Virus record (IMG/VR): IMGVR_UViG_3300034072_000375 | Coordinates: 10,819 to 74,818 of that record | Source of the DNA: a virus | Direction: 5' to 3' (one strand) | DNA: 64,000 bases | In this document: positions 55,041-64,000 of the stretch, piece by piece | Layout: each line of letters starts with the position of its first letter | Numbering within the stretch: the stretch's first letter is position 1 | Made by a program: the position numbers and the translations under genes | Notes under the pieces: model-generated | Databases searched by the model: none | What the model was told of the DNA's origin: nothing | What the model saw: only the letters and a program-made list of their open reading frames with translations

Positions 55041-55393
55041 TACCCTTTTACTCCGATTAGTTTGTAGAGGATAGTCTTTCCATGAGCTGTGTGCGCTTGG
55101 ATAGAATTAACTCTATATACTTCACCTAGATAAGTAATCTCATCTGAAGGCTTAGGAGTGAAGGTCAAACCATCTGCGGCGAGATAGAACATTACAGTTT
55201 GCTTTCCTACGAGTGCAGGGAAGTTGTACTGCGTAGCTTGCATTGGTCTTGGATAAATCCTAAGCGTAGATGTGCTTAGAACCTCCGTAACGGTGCCTTC
55301 AATGGGATCAACCGTTCTGGTAATGGTAGAGTAAGGTAGGGATTGTCCGTGGCGTTGTAGAGCCCTTGTAGTCGTTCCTATCGCCCAGTCCAC
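55040..55393 (-). CDS. head closure/stopper protein
   Basis: Synteny; beta-rich PKPSDEI..GEVYRV. Confidence 0.65.
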   Translation of the reverse strand: MDWAIGTTTRALQRHGQSLPYSTITRTVDPIEGTVTEVLSTSTLRIYPRPMQATQYNFPALVGKQTVMFYLAADGLTFTPKPSDEITYLGEVYRVNSIQAHTAHGKTILYKLIGVKG

Positions 55394-55819
55394 TTAGAAC
55401 CTCCAGCCTACTGTAAATGGCCCTGTTTGATGCAAGGATTCTGTCTTACCGGGGTTCTCTACGATGTTGTTATCTAGGTCAGCATTGTTGGCTTCCATAT
55501 CGGAGATGGAGACGCCTCCAACGTAGCCTTTGAGGTTATTGTACAAAGGGTTCAGTTGTGGGTTCTTAATATACAACTCAAGAGCAAGACGATATTGTTC
55601 AGCGGCTTTAGACCCACGTACCGAAAACACGTCCACGGTCTCGTCCGTGCGTTGCGAAAGCAAGAGTAAAATAATGCGGGCTGCGTCTACTGCAGCCCTA
55701 ACTACTGAGTTGTTATGTTTCAGGAGCAGGTAGTCATAGTCCGCATCTGAAAGAAGTGGAAAGGCCTGATCCAGATCGGCCACTTCCAATTTAACCTGTT
55801 GAATTAGCGTGTATGCCAT
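55394..55819 (-). CDS. head-tail adaptor protein
   Basis: V.LE..D....LLSD..Y.Y.L; synteny after the capsid gene. Confidence 0.7.
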   Translation of the reverse strand: MAYTLIQQVKLEVADLDQAFPLLSDADYDYLLLKHNNSVVRAAVDAARIILLLLSQRTDETVDVFSVRGSKAAEQYRLALELYIKNPQLNPLYNNLKGYVGGVSISDMEANNADLDNNIVENPGKTESLHQTGPFTVGWRF

Positions 55820-56990
55820 TTAATATTTTACCTATTTTACCGACAACGCCTGCTTCAAACCATTCATTTATTCCGTCTGATTTCCCTCTCGGGGTTATAC
55901 GGTTAGAAAATTTTTCTGCTTCTTTTGGCGAAATTTTGTATGGAGAAAATGCTTTATGAAATAACTTTTCAATTTCATCTGCTTCTTTTCTGGTTTGGAA
56001 CTTCCCTAGCACAAATACAGAAGATTCTCCGCTAAGTTTCAAAATTCTGCGCCTTTGTTCAGGGTCAATTGCCGTACCTATTTTACAATAAGTTTTGTTT
56101 TCAAAATAAACTAGCATTGCATAAACACAAGTAGGAGAACCCCATGTACCTTTGTCTAGATGGCCTCTTTTCTTGTCCATGAAATGACTAACTGTTACAG
56201 TTTTCTTAGCACCATTCGGTAGCTCTACCGTAACGGTTTGTTCAGTATCACTATAGTCCACTAGAGAAGCGCTCTCTTTTGCAATACGTGCTTCGAATGC
56301 AAGTCTTTTACAATTTATACAGCGAGTCCCATCATATTCTTTTTGAAAATCATTTCTTCTGAAGTAACCACATTTCGTGCAGCGGCACAGTGTATGATTT
56401 TCTCCTGTCTGCAGAACCTCAAAATATGCTTGCCGTCTCGCTGTTTTAATTACCCGCTTATCGCAGTTTGCACATTGAAGTTTTAATCTAAAAACAGAGG
56501 AGTAATCTTTTATTGTTCTAGTATCACCGCAAGTTTTACAAATTACTTTAAACCGAACTCCTTGGATATTTTCTACAGCATAGTTATGTGTATCCAGATG
56601 CTCTATGCAGGCAATTTTCTTACACTCAACACAGTCTGCTGGTGTTTTAGTTGCCATCTGCGAGGTGTATCTTTTTAAAGAGTTGCAACCGGAACATTTG
56701 AAATGAATATACCCATCACTTTCGTATAAAAACTTATAAGTTGACTTCGAAAGAGTTTGCTCAATCTTTATAATTGAGCACACAGGGCAAGTTGGTAGTG
56801 ATTTGTACTTAGTAGTAAATTTTTGCAAAAAGCAAGTGTTGCAGTTTTTGCAATGCAAACCTAGAGAGAACTCTCTTGTGTCTGGATCAACGACCTCATA
56901 ATCCTTTACGACAGTGAAATCACTTTCCTTGAGTTGTTTAAGTCTATTTGAGATTAAATAGTCTATAGACTTAAGTCGAATTCTCTTCAT
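55791..56990 (-). CDS. multi-Zn-ribbon protein with C-terminal GIY-YIG (T5orf172/MUG113-like) nuclease
   Basis: About eight CxxC pairs; CVYAM...YCKIGTA..PEQR...EIEKLFH...G.NEWF. Confidence 0.8.
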   Translation of the reverse strand: MKRIRLKSIDYLISNRLKQLKESDFTVVKDYEVVDPDTREFSLGLHCKNCNTCFLQKFTTKYKSLPTCPVCSIIKIEQTLSKSTYKFLYESDGYIHFKCSGCNSLKRYTSQMATKTPADCVECKKIACIEHLDTHNYAVENIQGVRFKVICKTCGDTRTIKDYSSVFRLKLQCANCDKRVIKTARRQAYFEVLQTGENHTLCRCTKCGYFRRNDFQKEYDGTRCINCKRLAFEARIAKESASLVDYSDTEQTVTVELPNGAKKTVTVSHFMDKKRGHLDKGTWGSPTCVYAMLVYFENKTYCKIGTAIDPEQRRRILKLSGESSVFVLGKFQTRKEADEIEKLFHKAFSPYKISPKEAEKFSNRITPRGKSDGINEWFEAGVVGKIGKILNGIHANSTG

Positions 56991-57003
56991 CTATTCTCCC
57001 GAA

Positions 57004-57071
57004 TACCCACTAAGCAACAAATGGCAGGACTGGTGGATAGTCAGTCTTTTCGCTCCGTCGAGCTAGCCATT
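57004..57071 (-). ncRNA. structured 5' leader (three-way junction with possible pseudoknot)
   Basis: AATGGC/GCCATT, GCTC-GACG-GAGC, GACTG/CAGTC; loop TATCCAC complementary to GTGGGTA next to the SD. Confidence 0.55.
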
Positions 57072-57084
57072 GTCTAAAATTAGA

Positions 57085-57113
57085 ATTTTAACACAGAATC
57101 CTGAAGAAATCAA
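57085..57113 (-). promoter_or_regulatory. sigma70 promoter for the nuclease gene
   Basis: TTGATT-17-TAAAAT with TGTG. Confidence 0.65.
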
Positions 57114-57124
57114 GACTCTGAATT

Positions 57125-57144
57125 AAAAGGACTCCGAAGAGTCC
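57125..57144 (-). terminator. terminator after the major capsid gene
   Basis: GGACTC-TTCG-GAGTCC-TTTT. Confidence 0.85.
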
Positions 57145-57161
57145 AATTATTTTGCTATTAC

Positions 57162-58193
57162 TTAGATAGCAGCCTTGGAGCCACCGCTGACAAAAGACGG
57201 ACGACGCATGACGTTAATCATGTTCATTTCACTTTCCAGAGTAACTTGAGTGCCCCGTGGGTCTTCAAAAGTCCAAAGGTAAGTCCGTTCGGCTACAGTG
57301 TTGACGTAATTGAAGCGGTTAGGACTGCCGTAGTAAGTCATGAAAGCACCATCGCCGTCATCTGCAACAAACACGCACTTATCGGTGTCAACCAGAGGAG
57401 TACCGTCAATGCTCTGAGTCACTTCAATCCACTCAATATTGCTAAAGGTGAAGCGACGATACAGAGCCATGCCACCTGCGCGATCACGCGAGATTTGCTG
57501 TGGTGCAGCCACCGCGTACAGGTTGTAAGCAGCTTGAACCTTCGGGTGAGCAATGAAAGCGGAGAAGAAACCGGGAGAGCAGTATGCCACCACACGTTGA
57601 ATTTCTTGACCTTCGGTAGCTTGTGACTGGAAGTTAGAAATAACTTGCTGGCACTTGTCGATAATGTCAGTCGTAGCCGTTGCCAGATCGAAATTAACGT
57701 TTTGGCGGGTAATACCAAAGTCCGTGTAAAAGTTGCCTGCGATAGTACCGTTGGGTGCCCAGATATCGCCGTTAGCAATAGTACGGAAACGTGCGAAGTT
57801 AATAGTACGGTCGTAGGACTTACGAATACGTTCCATCTTCACCATCAGGGCACGATCCTTGCTGTCCAGTTCAGGAGCCAGAGCACCGGGACGCAGCACG
57901 GTAGCAATGTCTTGAGGGAGCAGGGCGTCCATGAAAGGGTGATGCGACATTGGATAGCTGTGCAGCTTACGCAGGTCGTTACCAGTGGTTTGAGGAGCAG
58001 CACCAGGGACTTGATCCTTGACGATGAAGAGGTGACCACCACGCTCTTCAAAAGTAACGGTACGGGTAGTGAGGAATTCCTCGTTCCACATCCCGGAATC
58101 ATTCATCAAAGTCCAGTTTTGGGGTAGTACCAGAATCTCGTTAGTACGGTCTACTACCTCGAAATTGCTTGTTGTGGAGTTATACAGAGCCAT
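57162..58193 (-). CDS. major capsid protein (lambda E-like)
   Basis: 343 aa, strongly biased codons, follows the decoration protein; FYTDFGITRQ.V.F.L, CSPGFF. Confidence 0.9.
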   Translation of the reverse strand: MALYNSTTSNFEVVDRTNEILVLPQNWTLMNDSGMWNEEFLTTRTVTFEERGGHLFIVKDQVPGAAPQTTGNDLRKLHSYPMSHHPFMDALLPQDIATVLRPGALAPELDSKDRALMVKMERIRKSYDRTINFARFRTIANGDIWAPNGTIAGNFYTDFGITRQNVNFDLATATTDIIDKCQQVISNFQSQATEGQEIQRVVAYCSPGFFSAFIAHPKVQAAYNLYAVAAPQQISRDRAGGMALYRRFTFSNIEWIEVTQSIDGTPLVDTDKCVFVADDGDGAFMTYYGSPNRFNYVNTVAERTYLWTFEDPRGTQVTLESEMNMINVMRRPSFVSGGSKAAI

Positions 58194-58225
58194 TTTTAAT
58201 CCTTGTATTTATTATTGTTTAGACT

Positions 58226-58621
58226 TTAGATGGTATCGAGGCACTGAATACCCAGAGCTTCCAGCGATGCGTACACAGCGGCCTTTTCAGGGGCAGTATC
58301 ATACGTTGCATCCAGAACCAAACCATTCTTGCTCACACCCATTGGGCCACGGAAGTAAACCAGAACTTGCGTGTCGGTAGTACCAGCAATAGTCTTAGCA
58401 GCAGCAACGATAGCAGCAGCATTTTGCGAACCGTCAGCAGCGGTTTGAACAGCACGCTTGAACTTACCATCGGCAGTTACCTTGCCAAGAACTGTCCCAA
58501 TTGCCAGAGTACCAGCAGTGTCATTAACCGTTACCAGCTTCTTGCAGTAAGCATAGTCAGCACCATATTCGTGCTTGACAACGTTAGAAATCGTGTGAAG
58601 CGAAGTAGAAATTACACTCAT
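58226..58621 (-). CDS. head decoration protein (lambda D-like)
   Basis: GTVLGKVTADGKF...ADGSQ.AAAI. Confidence 0.88.
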   Translation of the reverse strand: MSVISTSLHTISNVVKHEYGADYAYCKKLVTVNDTAGTLAIGTVLGKVTADGKFKRAVQTAADGSQNAAAIVAAAKTIAGTTDTQVLVYFRGPMGVSKNGLVLDATYDTAPEKAAVYASLEALGIQCLDTI

Positions 58622-58637
58622 CTTATTCTCCTAATTA

Positions 58638-59588
58638 TTATTGTTTTGCTTGATGACGAGCCTTCAGAGCCTTCATCAGTTTGGTTTCACCGGGCTTATC
58701 TTCAGCAGCTTCAGCACTCACACCTTGTTCTTGGAACAGGCCGGACTTTTCCAGCAGATCATTCATGCTCTTGAATACTTCAACCAGTGCGTCAAAATCA
58801 GCTTGGTCTTCCAGTGCCAGAGCAGCCTTTACAACCACAGCAGCTTGCTTTTCATCCTTAACCACAGCCTTGACAGCATCAGTCTTGGACTTTACAATTG
58901 CTTCTTTCTTTTCATCTTCGTATTGCTTGACTTGTGCAAGAGCTTTTTCCAGAGCGATCTTCTGATCTTCCAGGGCTTTCTCAATTGCGGTCAGAGCAGA
59001 CTTTTCAACCATTTCGGTTTCTTGGGTCATTTGCTTTTCCTTTTTCTTCTTACTAGAGGCAGACGCCTCAACTTTGGACTCAACTTTGGTTGAGGTATTT
59101 GCCTCGGGCTTGGCACCCTTGGTAAATTCGGTAAGAGCTTTCTCAATTACTGCCTGATCGGTCAATACATCAAGATAGTCTTGTTCTGTTAGTTTAGACA
59201 ATGCATCTGGAAGGTTTTTTGCTTCGTGCAGCGACTTGATAATACTAAAAGACTGAAAGCGTTCTTCAATCCACTTGTTATAATCATCAATAGCTTCCGC
59301 TTGTTCGTCTTCAGGGGGTTCAACATAACCAAGCAACTGAGAAAGGAATTCAACGTCTTCCTCCCAGAGCATGAAGAACCTCTCCAAAAAATCTGGGATT
59401 GTCATCGTGACTTGAATCGCCTGCATCTTTTGAATAAATTCAGGAGAAGGGTTATTTAGATTTTTGAGAACTAGACTATAATCAGCACCATTGGCAGGGC
59501 CTCCTTGGTGCTTTGATACAAGTGCAATGTGACTCATATCATCTGAAAAATCAATGTTCTTCAGTTTTCTCTTCGGTTTTTGTGTCAT
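58638..59588 (-). CDS. capsid scaffolding protein
   Basis: HIALV...QGG.ANG N-terminus, coiled-coil C-terminus; synteny. Confidence 0.75.
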   Translation of the reverse strand: MTQKPKRKLKNIDFSDDMSHIALVSKHQGGPANGADYSLVLKNLNNPSPEFIQKMQAIQVTMTIPDFLERFFMLWEEDVEFLSQLLGYVEPPEDEQAEAIDDYNKWIEERFQSFSIIKSLHEAKNLPDALSKLTEQDYLDVLTDQAVIEKALTEFTKGAKPEANTSTKVESKVEASASSKKKKEKQMTQETEMVEKSALTAIEKALEDQKIALEKALAQVKQYEDEKKEAIVKSKTDAVKAVVKDEKQAAVVVKAALALEDQADFDALVEVFKSMNDLLEKSGLFQEQGVSAEAAEDKPGETKLMKALKARHQAKQ

Positions 59589-59597
59589 TGTTGTCCT

Positions 59598-59978
59598 TTA
59601 CAATTCTTCTACTTCAGCCATAGCGCCAATAGAGATACCATTAATATCTTCTGACTTAATCATCTCCCAAACATCAGGATCATGAATTTGTAATGTCATC
59701 AACCATGAACCCTTTTCAACAAAGTGCTCATTCAAAGTAACATCACAGGGAATCAGATAAGACTCAATGACTTCAAAAGCGTCCGTCATTGTTAGGTGAA
59801 AAAGATTAGCCCGTTGGGCTGACTTATTGAAAGACTCTTTTGCAAGTCTCACGGTTTCCAAGTCCACCATGTCTCCATGAAGGTCAACTCCCGGCTTCAT
59901 CGCTACGTAAGTAACTTGTTGGAGTTCTTCATTGAGTGCTTTAGCGACCGAAACATTTTTTGTTGTTTCTTTCTGCAT
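59598..59978 (-). CDS. XkdF-like prohead serine protease
   Basis: DLHGD, N.FH, ESY, GSW, W..IK...INGISIG. Confidence 0.8.
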   Translation of the reverse strand: MQKETTKNVSVAKALNEELQQVTYVAMKPGVDLHGDMVDLETVRLAKESFNKSAQRANLFHLTMTDAFEVIESYLIPCDVTLNEHFVEKGSWLMTLQIHDPDVWEMIKSEDINGISIGAMAEVEEL

Positions 59979-60015
59979 CTTTTCTTTCTTTTAATTCTAG
60001 ACAACAGATAAATCA

Positions 60016-60044
60016 ATTATATCATACTTTTGTAATAATTACAA
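60016..60044 (-). promoter_or_regulatory. promoter for head genes
   Basis: TTGTAA-17-TATAAT with TG. Confidence 0.6.
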
Positions 60045-60098
60045 GTGAATTTTATGTCAAGTAAAATATTGGATTATTAATTTATCTGTTTCTATTAA

Positions 60099-62560
60099 TT
60101 ATGCTGCATTCTCGGAGTTCATTGAAGAAGTGTCATTAGTGGCAGCAGAATTCGCTGTACCATTGAGGCCGCCTGTTTCAGAAGATAATCCGTCACCGCT
60201 GCGTGTAGTTGCATCAGGAAGGATATCTTCAATCACAGTATCTTCAGGAAGTTGGTCAATCCCCAGACTATCCAGAACCGCATTAACAACTTCAAGACTC
60301 TTAGGAATATATCCAGTAGCACCCATACGTTGTACAGCCTTAGAGAAGGTTTCTAGATCAGCGGGTTCAATACCATCGTAATCAAATGTACCCATTCGGG
60401 ATTCATTCCATCCGTTGAGGATGTACGTTTGTTTGATTAGATCATTTTGAAGAACTTCTGCGATGTTGGCAATTAGACGTTCAGCGTATGCACCAGCGAG
60501 ACTATTCTTGATAGAACCAAGAGCAAAAGAACCAGTAGATGATTGCCCAAGGGTTAACACATCGGAAAAAAGACTTGTGAATATTAAGTTTTTGTAATAC
60601 TCTTTAATCTTGCTGATATCGAAGTTTTTCTTACCATCTACAGAAAGCAAGTCCAACTTGAACATCGGTGTGCGCGATTCACTGTCTATCACCTGTGGCA
60701 GGATCACAGCAGACTGTTCATTCATTTGCAAATTACGCATGACGTTTTCATAATACAAACGAATAGCTTGTACTTCTGGGGGGGCATCTACAGCAAGGTA
60801 TTGCGCAGGTAAATATAAACATTTATGTTCAGATAAGGTCGTTAATCTTATCCCGCTTTATTCAAGCTGCTATATGTCACCATATAGATCAGACTATATC
60901 ACACTCCAATTTGGAGCCTTCCTATTTCGGGTCACTTGACCCTACTCCCATGCCTGGGATAGTCGTTGCACTTTACTCAAACTATGCACAAAGTTAATTA
61001 GATTCCGTATTCTTTAGATATGTCTTTGTAAATTCTTTTACGTCGTATATCTTGAATAATGTTCTTTGTGATTCTTTTGTTTGTGGTGATTTCGAGAATC
61101 TCACCTTGTGTCAAACCTTTTTGGATTTGCTGACACAACCAGTGAATTGTTTCGCAACTTAGACTTCTACTTCTCTTTCTGAGTTTGTAGTTATTAGAAA
61201 TATGCACCCAACACTTTTTAGTCCTTATCAAACTAATCATGTACTTTGGTACGTCTGTTTCTTTTTCAATGTCAAAGTTACGATAACCTTCCTGAAGCAT
61301 TTCACAGACTTTAGTAATCTGTTCATCTGTGTAAATGCTTGTAGGAGATTCTTCTCCACGTTTAATCAAGTTAGTTCTTTTAGCATGATCCATGTTTTCT
61401 TGATGAGTTACCCATTCAAGATTTTTAACATGATTATTTGTCTTATTACCGTCTATATGGTTAACAAATGGTTTATTCTCAGGGTTAGGAATAAACATCA
61501 TTGCTACTAACCGATTCAGTCTATACCAAGTGTACTTTTTAGTTCCACTATCATAAAGAGCCAGTTCATGATAACCGTTTTTCGTAAGTTTGGGTTTTAG
61601 AATCCCACCCTTACCAGTTATAACTACACCATCTTCTCTTATTGAATAGACTGTATCAAAAATTTGTTTAGTTTTCATAGCACCTCCTACTGTTGTTCGG
61701 GGTGCATAGTTTGAGTCTTAGCTCAGGATTGTCTCAAAGAGAGTTTCCCTGAATTAAAGAAGTTTTTCAAAAGCAATTACTTGCTTAGGCCGCTTTTATA
61801 AGTTAACGGGCAAACCATTCAAGTCCTTAGCTACACCTGTTGCTTCAAGTTCTTCCAGTGCAGTCAAGAATCTCCAAGCAAGGTATGCATCACGCAATGG
61901 AGACTTACCGAAGGGATCGCCACGGTGCTTGCCAGTACGAAACAAGAGAAACTTGCTACGCGGGATATTGATCAGATTAGAACGCTTGCTGAAACGGTTA
62001 TAGATATCATTGATTGCAGAGAGGTTCTGTTGCACACCAATGATTTCATTACCGTCTTCACTGAAGATGAACTTTGAGATACTTTCCTGTACTCGGATAG
62101 GCAGCTTCTTCCATCCAATAATACCATCATCGTAAAGGCTACCGTTTGCCTTGTATCGCTTGCGGAATACCTTTTCATGCACAGAGAATCCAAATACATT
62201 AGAGCTAAGAACATCACGAATGAATTCAGACCAAGGTTGCTCCATGTCTTGCATCATTTGGTTGATAATCTTAGCTTGTTCTTTTTCTTCTTCGGTGGCA
62301 TCAGCCGGGGGCTTGTAAGTCCAAGTAGCTTTAGAGATGATGTTCTCAAAAAGAGTCAGAGGGGCATTCACTGCTGAGTGGTAGCTCATGTCCCGGAATG
62401 TATTAATACTTCTAGGCCAGTTCAACTCTGCTTTTAGTTCATCTTGGGTTACACCCCCGAAGTGGCGAATCCCTAGGCTACCAAGTTCACCCATGCGAAA
62501 CCGTTCAGGTTGATCCAAAGGACTTACAGCCTTTTCAATTACTTTTTTTCTTGCAGCCAT
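60099..62560 (-). CDS. portal protein, spliced: exon 1 62560-61806, exon 2 60819-60099 (491 aa)
   Basis: Junction CCC GT|T TTA TAT restores ...DLNGLPVLYLPAQYL...; PFGKSPLR.AY.AW portal motif. Confidence 0.9.
60820..61805 (-). mobile_element. group I intron (986 nt) in the portal gene, with HNH ORF in L6
   Basis: P1 CCGU/GCGG with U.G, P10 UAUAAA/UUUAUA, P AAUUCAGGGAAA, Q AAUCCUGAGC, R GUGCAACGACUA, S GAUAUAGUC, terminal G. Confidence 0.92.
60998..61678 (-). CDS. intron-encoded HNH homing endonuclease (I-HmuI-like)
   Basis: RLVA..FIPNPENKPFVNHIDGNKTNN...NLEWVT..EN..HA; C-terminal HTH repeats; AGGAGG RBS. Confidence 0.92.
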   Translation of the reverse strand: MKTKQIFDTVYSIREDGVVITGKGGILKPKLTKNGYHELALYDSGTKKYTWYRLNRLVAMMFIPNPENKPFVNHIDGNKTNNHVKNLEWVTHQENMDHAKRTNLIKRGEESPTSIYTDEQITKVCEMLQEGYRNFDIEKETDVPKYMISLIRTKKCWVHISNNYKLRKRSRSLSCETIHWLCQQIQKGLTQGEILEITTNKRITKNIIQDIRRKRIYKDISKEYGI

Positions 62561-62569
62561 AAGGCTCCT

Positions 62570-64000
62570 TTATTTTATGTTGAAAGTAGGTAGAGTGAAG
62601 TTACCTTGGTTCTTACCGTAGGAGTTGTGGAAGGATGGTAGGGATTGACCTGAGACTTGGATGTTGGGGAGGGTCATAATAGGTAACTCCTGTGGCCCCG
62701 AATTCAACGCTTCGATGGCAAGCGATACTGCATCGCACATATCATCGTGACCATTATGCTTCTTACCATTGAACCTTTCGGCCTCTTCAAACCAATCATC
62801 ATTCCAGTCAGCTTCTACTACTCGTGAATAACCAGCTTCTGCAATTGCGGAGAAAGGAAGAAACCGCTGAAGTTTATTCTTCTGCGATTTAATAACCTTG
62901 CAGTAAACACCAAGTTCAGCAATTTTCTTGCGAAGATGATCCACATAAGCCAGTCCAGCACTTCCGGGGTCAACGTTCAATACAACAAAAGTCCCCGGAG
63001 GATCATACTTTGCGTACTCTAAGATAAGTTCCTCTACTTTATGAGGTCTATCTCTTAATGACGCAATATCTTCAATTGTATAAAAACCGTCTTTTGTCTT
63101 AGATACTCTTACGCCTCTAGTCCAATCGGGCGACTGATTTGCCGTTGAGACTGGGGTGGAGGCCGTATCCCAGCTTCTACAAATCTTTGCTGGTTGGTAA
63201 GGCGGGAACTTAACAATCTCACTGAAATGCCTCTTATAATATCCAGCTTCCTCTTCCCTACAAAACCAAGAACCGTCTAAGAAGATTTTCTTCTTGATTG
63301 GTGGCAGGGCTAAAAGGTTATAATAGTAGTCTGGATTATTTTTCATGAGCGGAATATTTTCCGTCACATGAGCACGAATACTACGGAAAGAACGGGGGAT
63401 ACCTTCTCCGTGTTCAGCAACAGCTTCCTCCATGGTATCATACCAAAGGAACTTACCATCTACCATTACGTAATAACGCTCTATATTAGATCGCTCTGGA
63501 ATGGGGATACCTTCGTCATCAAGGTAGAAGTCTTTAATCAGATTTCCAATAGGGTGTCCATACATAGGGTTAGTTGCCCAGTAGCAGCGGGGTTTATACT
63601 TCACCCTTGCATTTCTTAGACGACTCATCAAAGGTAGAATTTGGGTATGAAAGTCAAACAGAGTGGCTTCGTCAAAATAAATTCAAAGTGTTCGTTATAG
63701 GTCGTTAATCTATAACCGCTTTTACGCAGCTTACTGTCACCAGTAAGATCAGATCATATCACCCTCCAAAACTGGAGTCTCTACTATTTCGCTGTACTTA
63801 CAGCTACGTCCGAAGACTGATCGTTAGGCTTTTATGCTTTCGCAATTTAGCACGGTAGGTTATCTTATATAGACTTTCCCCGTTTAAGTAGAGTTTTCGA
63901 TGTGCATTACTACACAAAGCCGCAATTGTTTACGGAATATTGAGCACCAAGATGACTATTCACATCAGAATCATACTGTAAATGCGAGAACTTTATCGTA
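62570..64000 (-). CDS. terL: terminase large subunit (5' partial), spliced: exon to 63932, exon 63683-62570
   Basis: Junction TCC GT|A ATT restores GAQYSVIYFDEA (Walker B); ATNP coupling motif; nuclease SWDTA, HDDMCDA. Confidence 0.92.
63684..63931 (-). mobile_element. ORF-less group I intron (248 nt) in terL
   Basis: P1 CCGU/GCGG, P10 AAUU/AAUU, P7 GAUCA/UGAUC, P9 CUUACUG-GUGA-CAGUAAG, terminal G; in-frame stop if unspliced. Confidence 0.9.

Noticed and set aside
57020-57071. Hammerhead ribozyme (CGAAA after a hairpin)
   Set aside because: Lacks the CUGANGA core and the UH cleavage-site geometry
46672-58774. Numerous plus-strand ORFs opposite TMP, tail tube and capsid genes (e.g. 53502..54167, 57645..58127)
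   Set aside because: Antisense shadows of strongly codon-biased genes; no RBS or motifs
60099-60758. Separate 219-aa gene, and separate 254-aa gene at 61796..62560
   Set aside because: They are exons of one intron-split portal gene
1-64000. Stop-codon reassignment, integrase/lysogeny module, or reverse transcriptase/DGR
   Set aside because: Genes are full-length in the standard code; no integrase, repressor, RT or TR/VR pair was seen

Overview
This is a 64-kb segment of a lytic, AT-rich tailed dsDNA phage. It has a long tape measure and a tail tube but no sheath, which is siphovirus-like, and no integrase is seen. Layout: (1) 1-5.3 kb, leftward early genes. (2) 5.3-6.0 kb, a divergent control region holding a ~565-nt, ORF-poor, highly base-paired transcription unit with its own sigma70 promoter and terminator, directly upstream of an HNH-fusion gene. 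(3) 6-37 kb, rightward early/middle genes: RNA repair (PNK, two RNA ligases, phosphoesterase), two deaminases, HU- and GapR-like proteins, T7-like primase-helicase, family B DNA polymerase, SSB, exonuclease, endonuclease VII, MazG-like and dATP/dGTP diphosphohydrolases, anti-CBASS Acb2, ThyX, class I RNR, thioredoxin, tRNA-Arg(UCU) and a degenerate tRNA. (4) 37-64 kb, leftward late genes: terminase, portal, protease, scaffold, decoration protein, capsid, head-tail and tail proteins, TMP, fibre and lysis cassette. Both packaging genes (terL and portal) are interrupted by related group I introns that can be read to the nucleotide; one has no ORF and one carries an HNH gene. Four further free-standing homing endonucleases occur, plus the HNH fusion. 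Most notable: the candidate large ncRNA + HNH locus, the twin introns, dispersed ~10-bp-phased elements with a shared core (possible gyrase/NAP sites, alongside GapR and HU), a non-canonical (+1/-2) tail-chaperone frameshift, and a structured leader upstream of a Zn-ribbon/GIY-YIG gene. All protein calls come from recognised motifs and synteny, not database searches.
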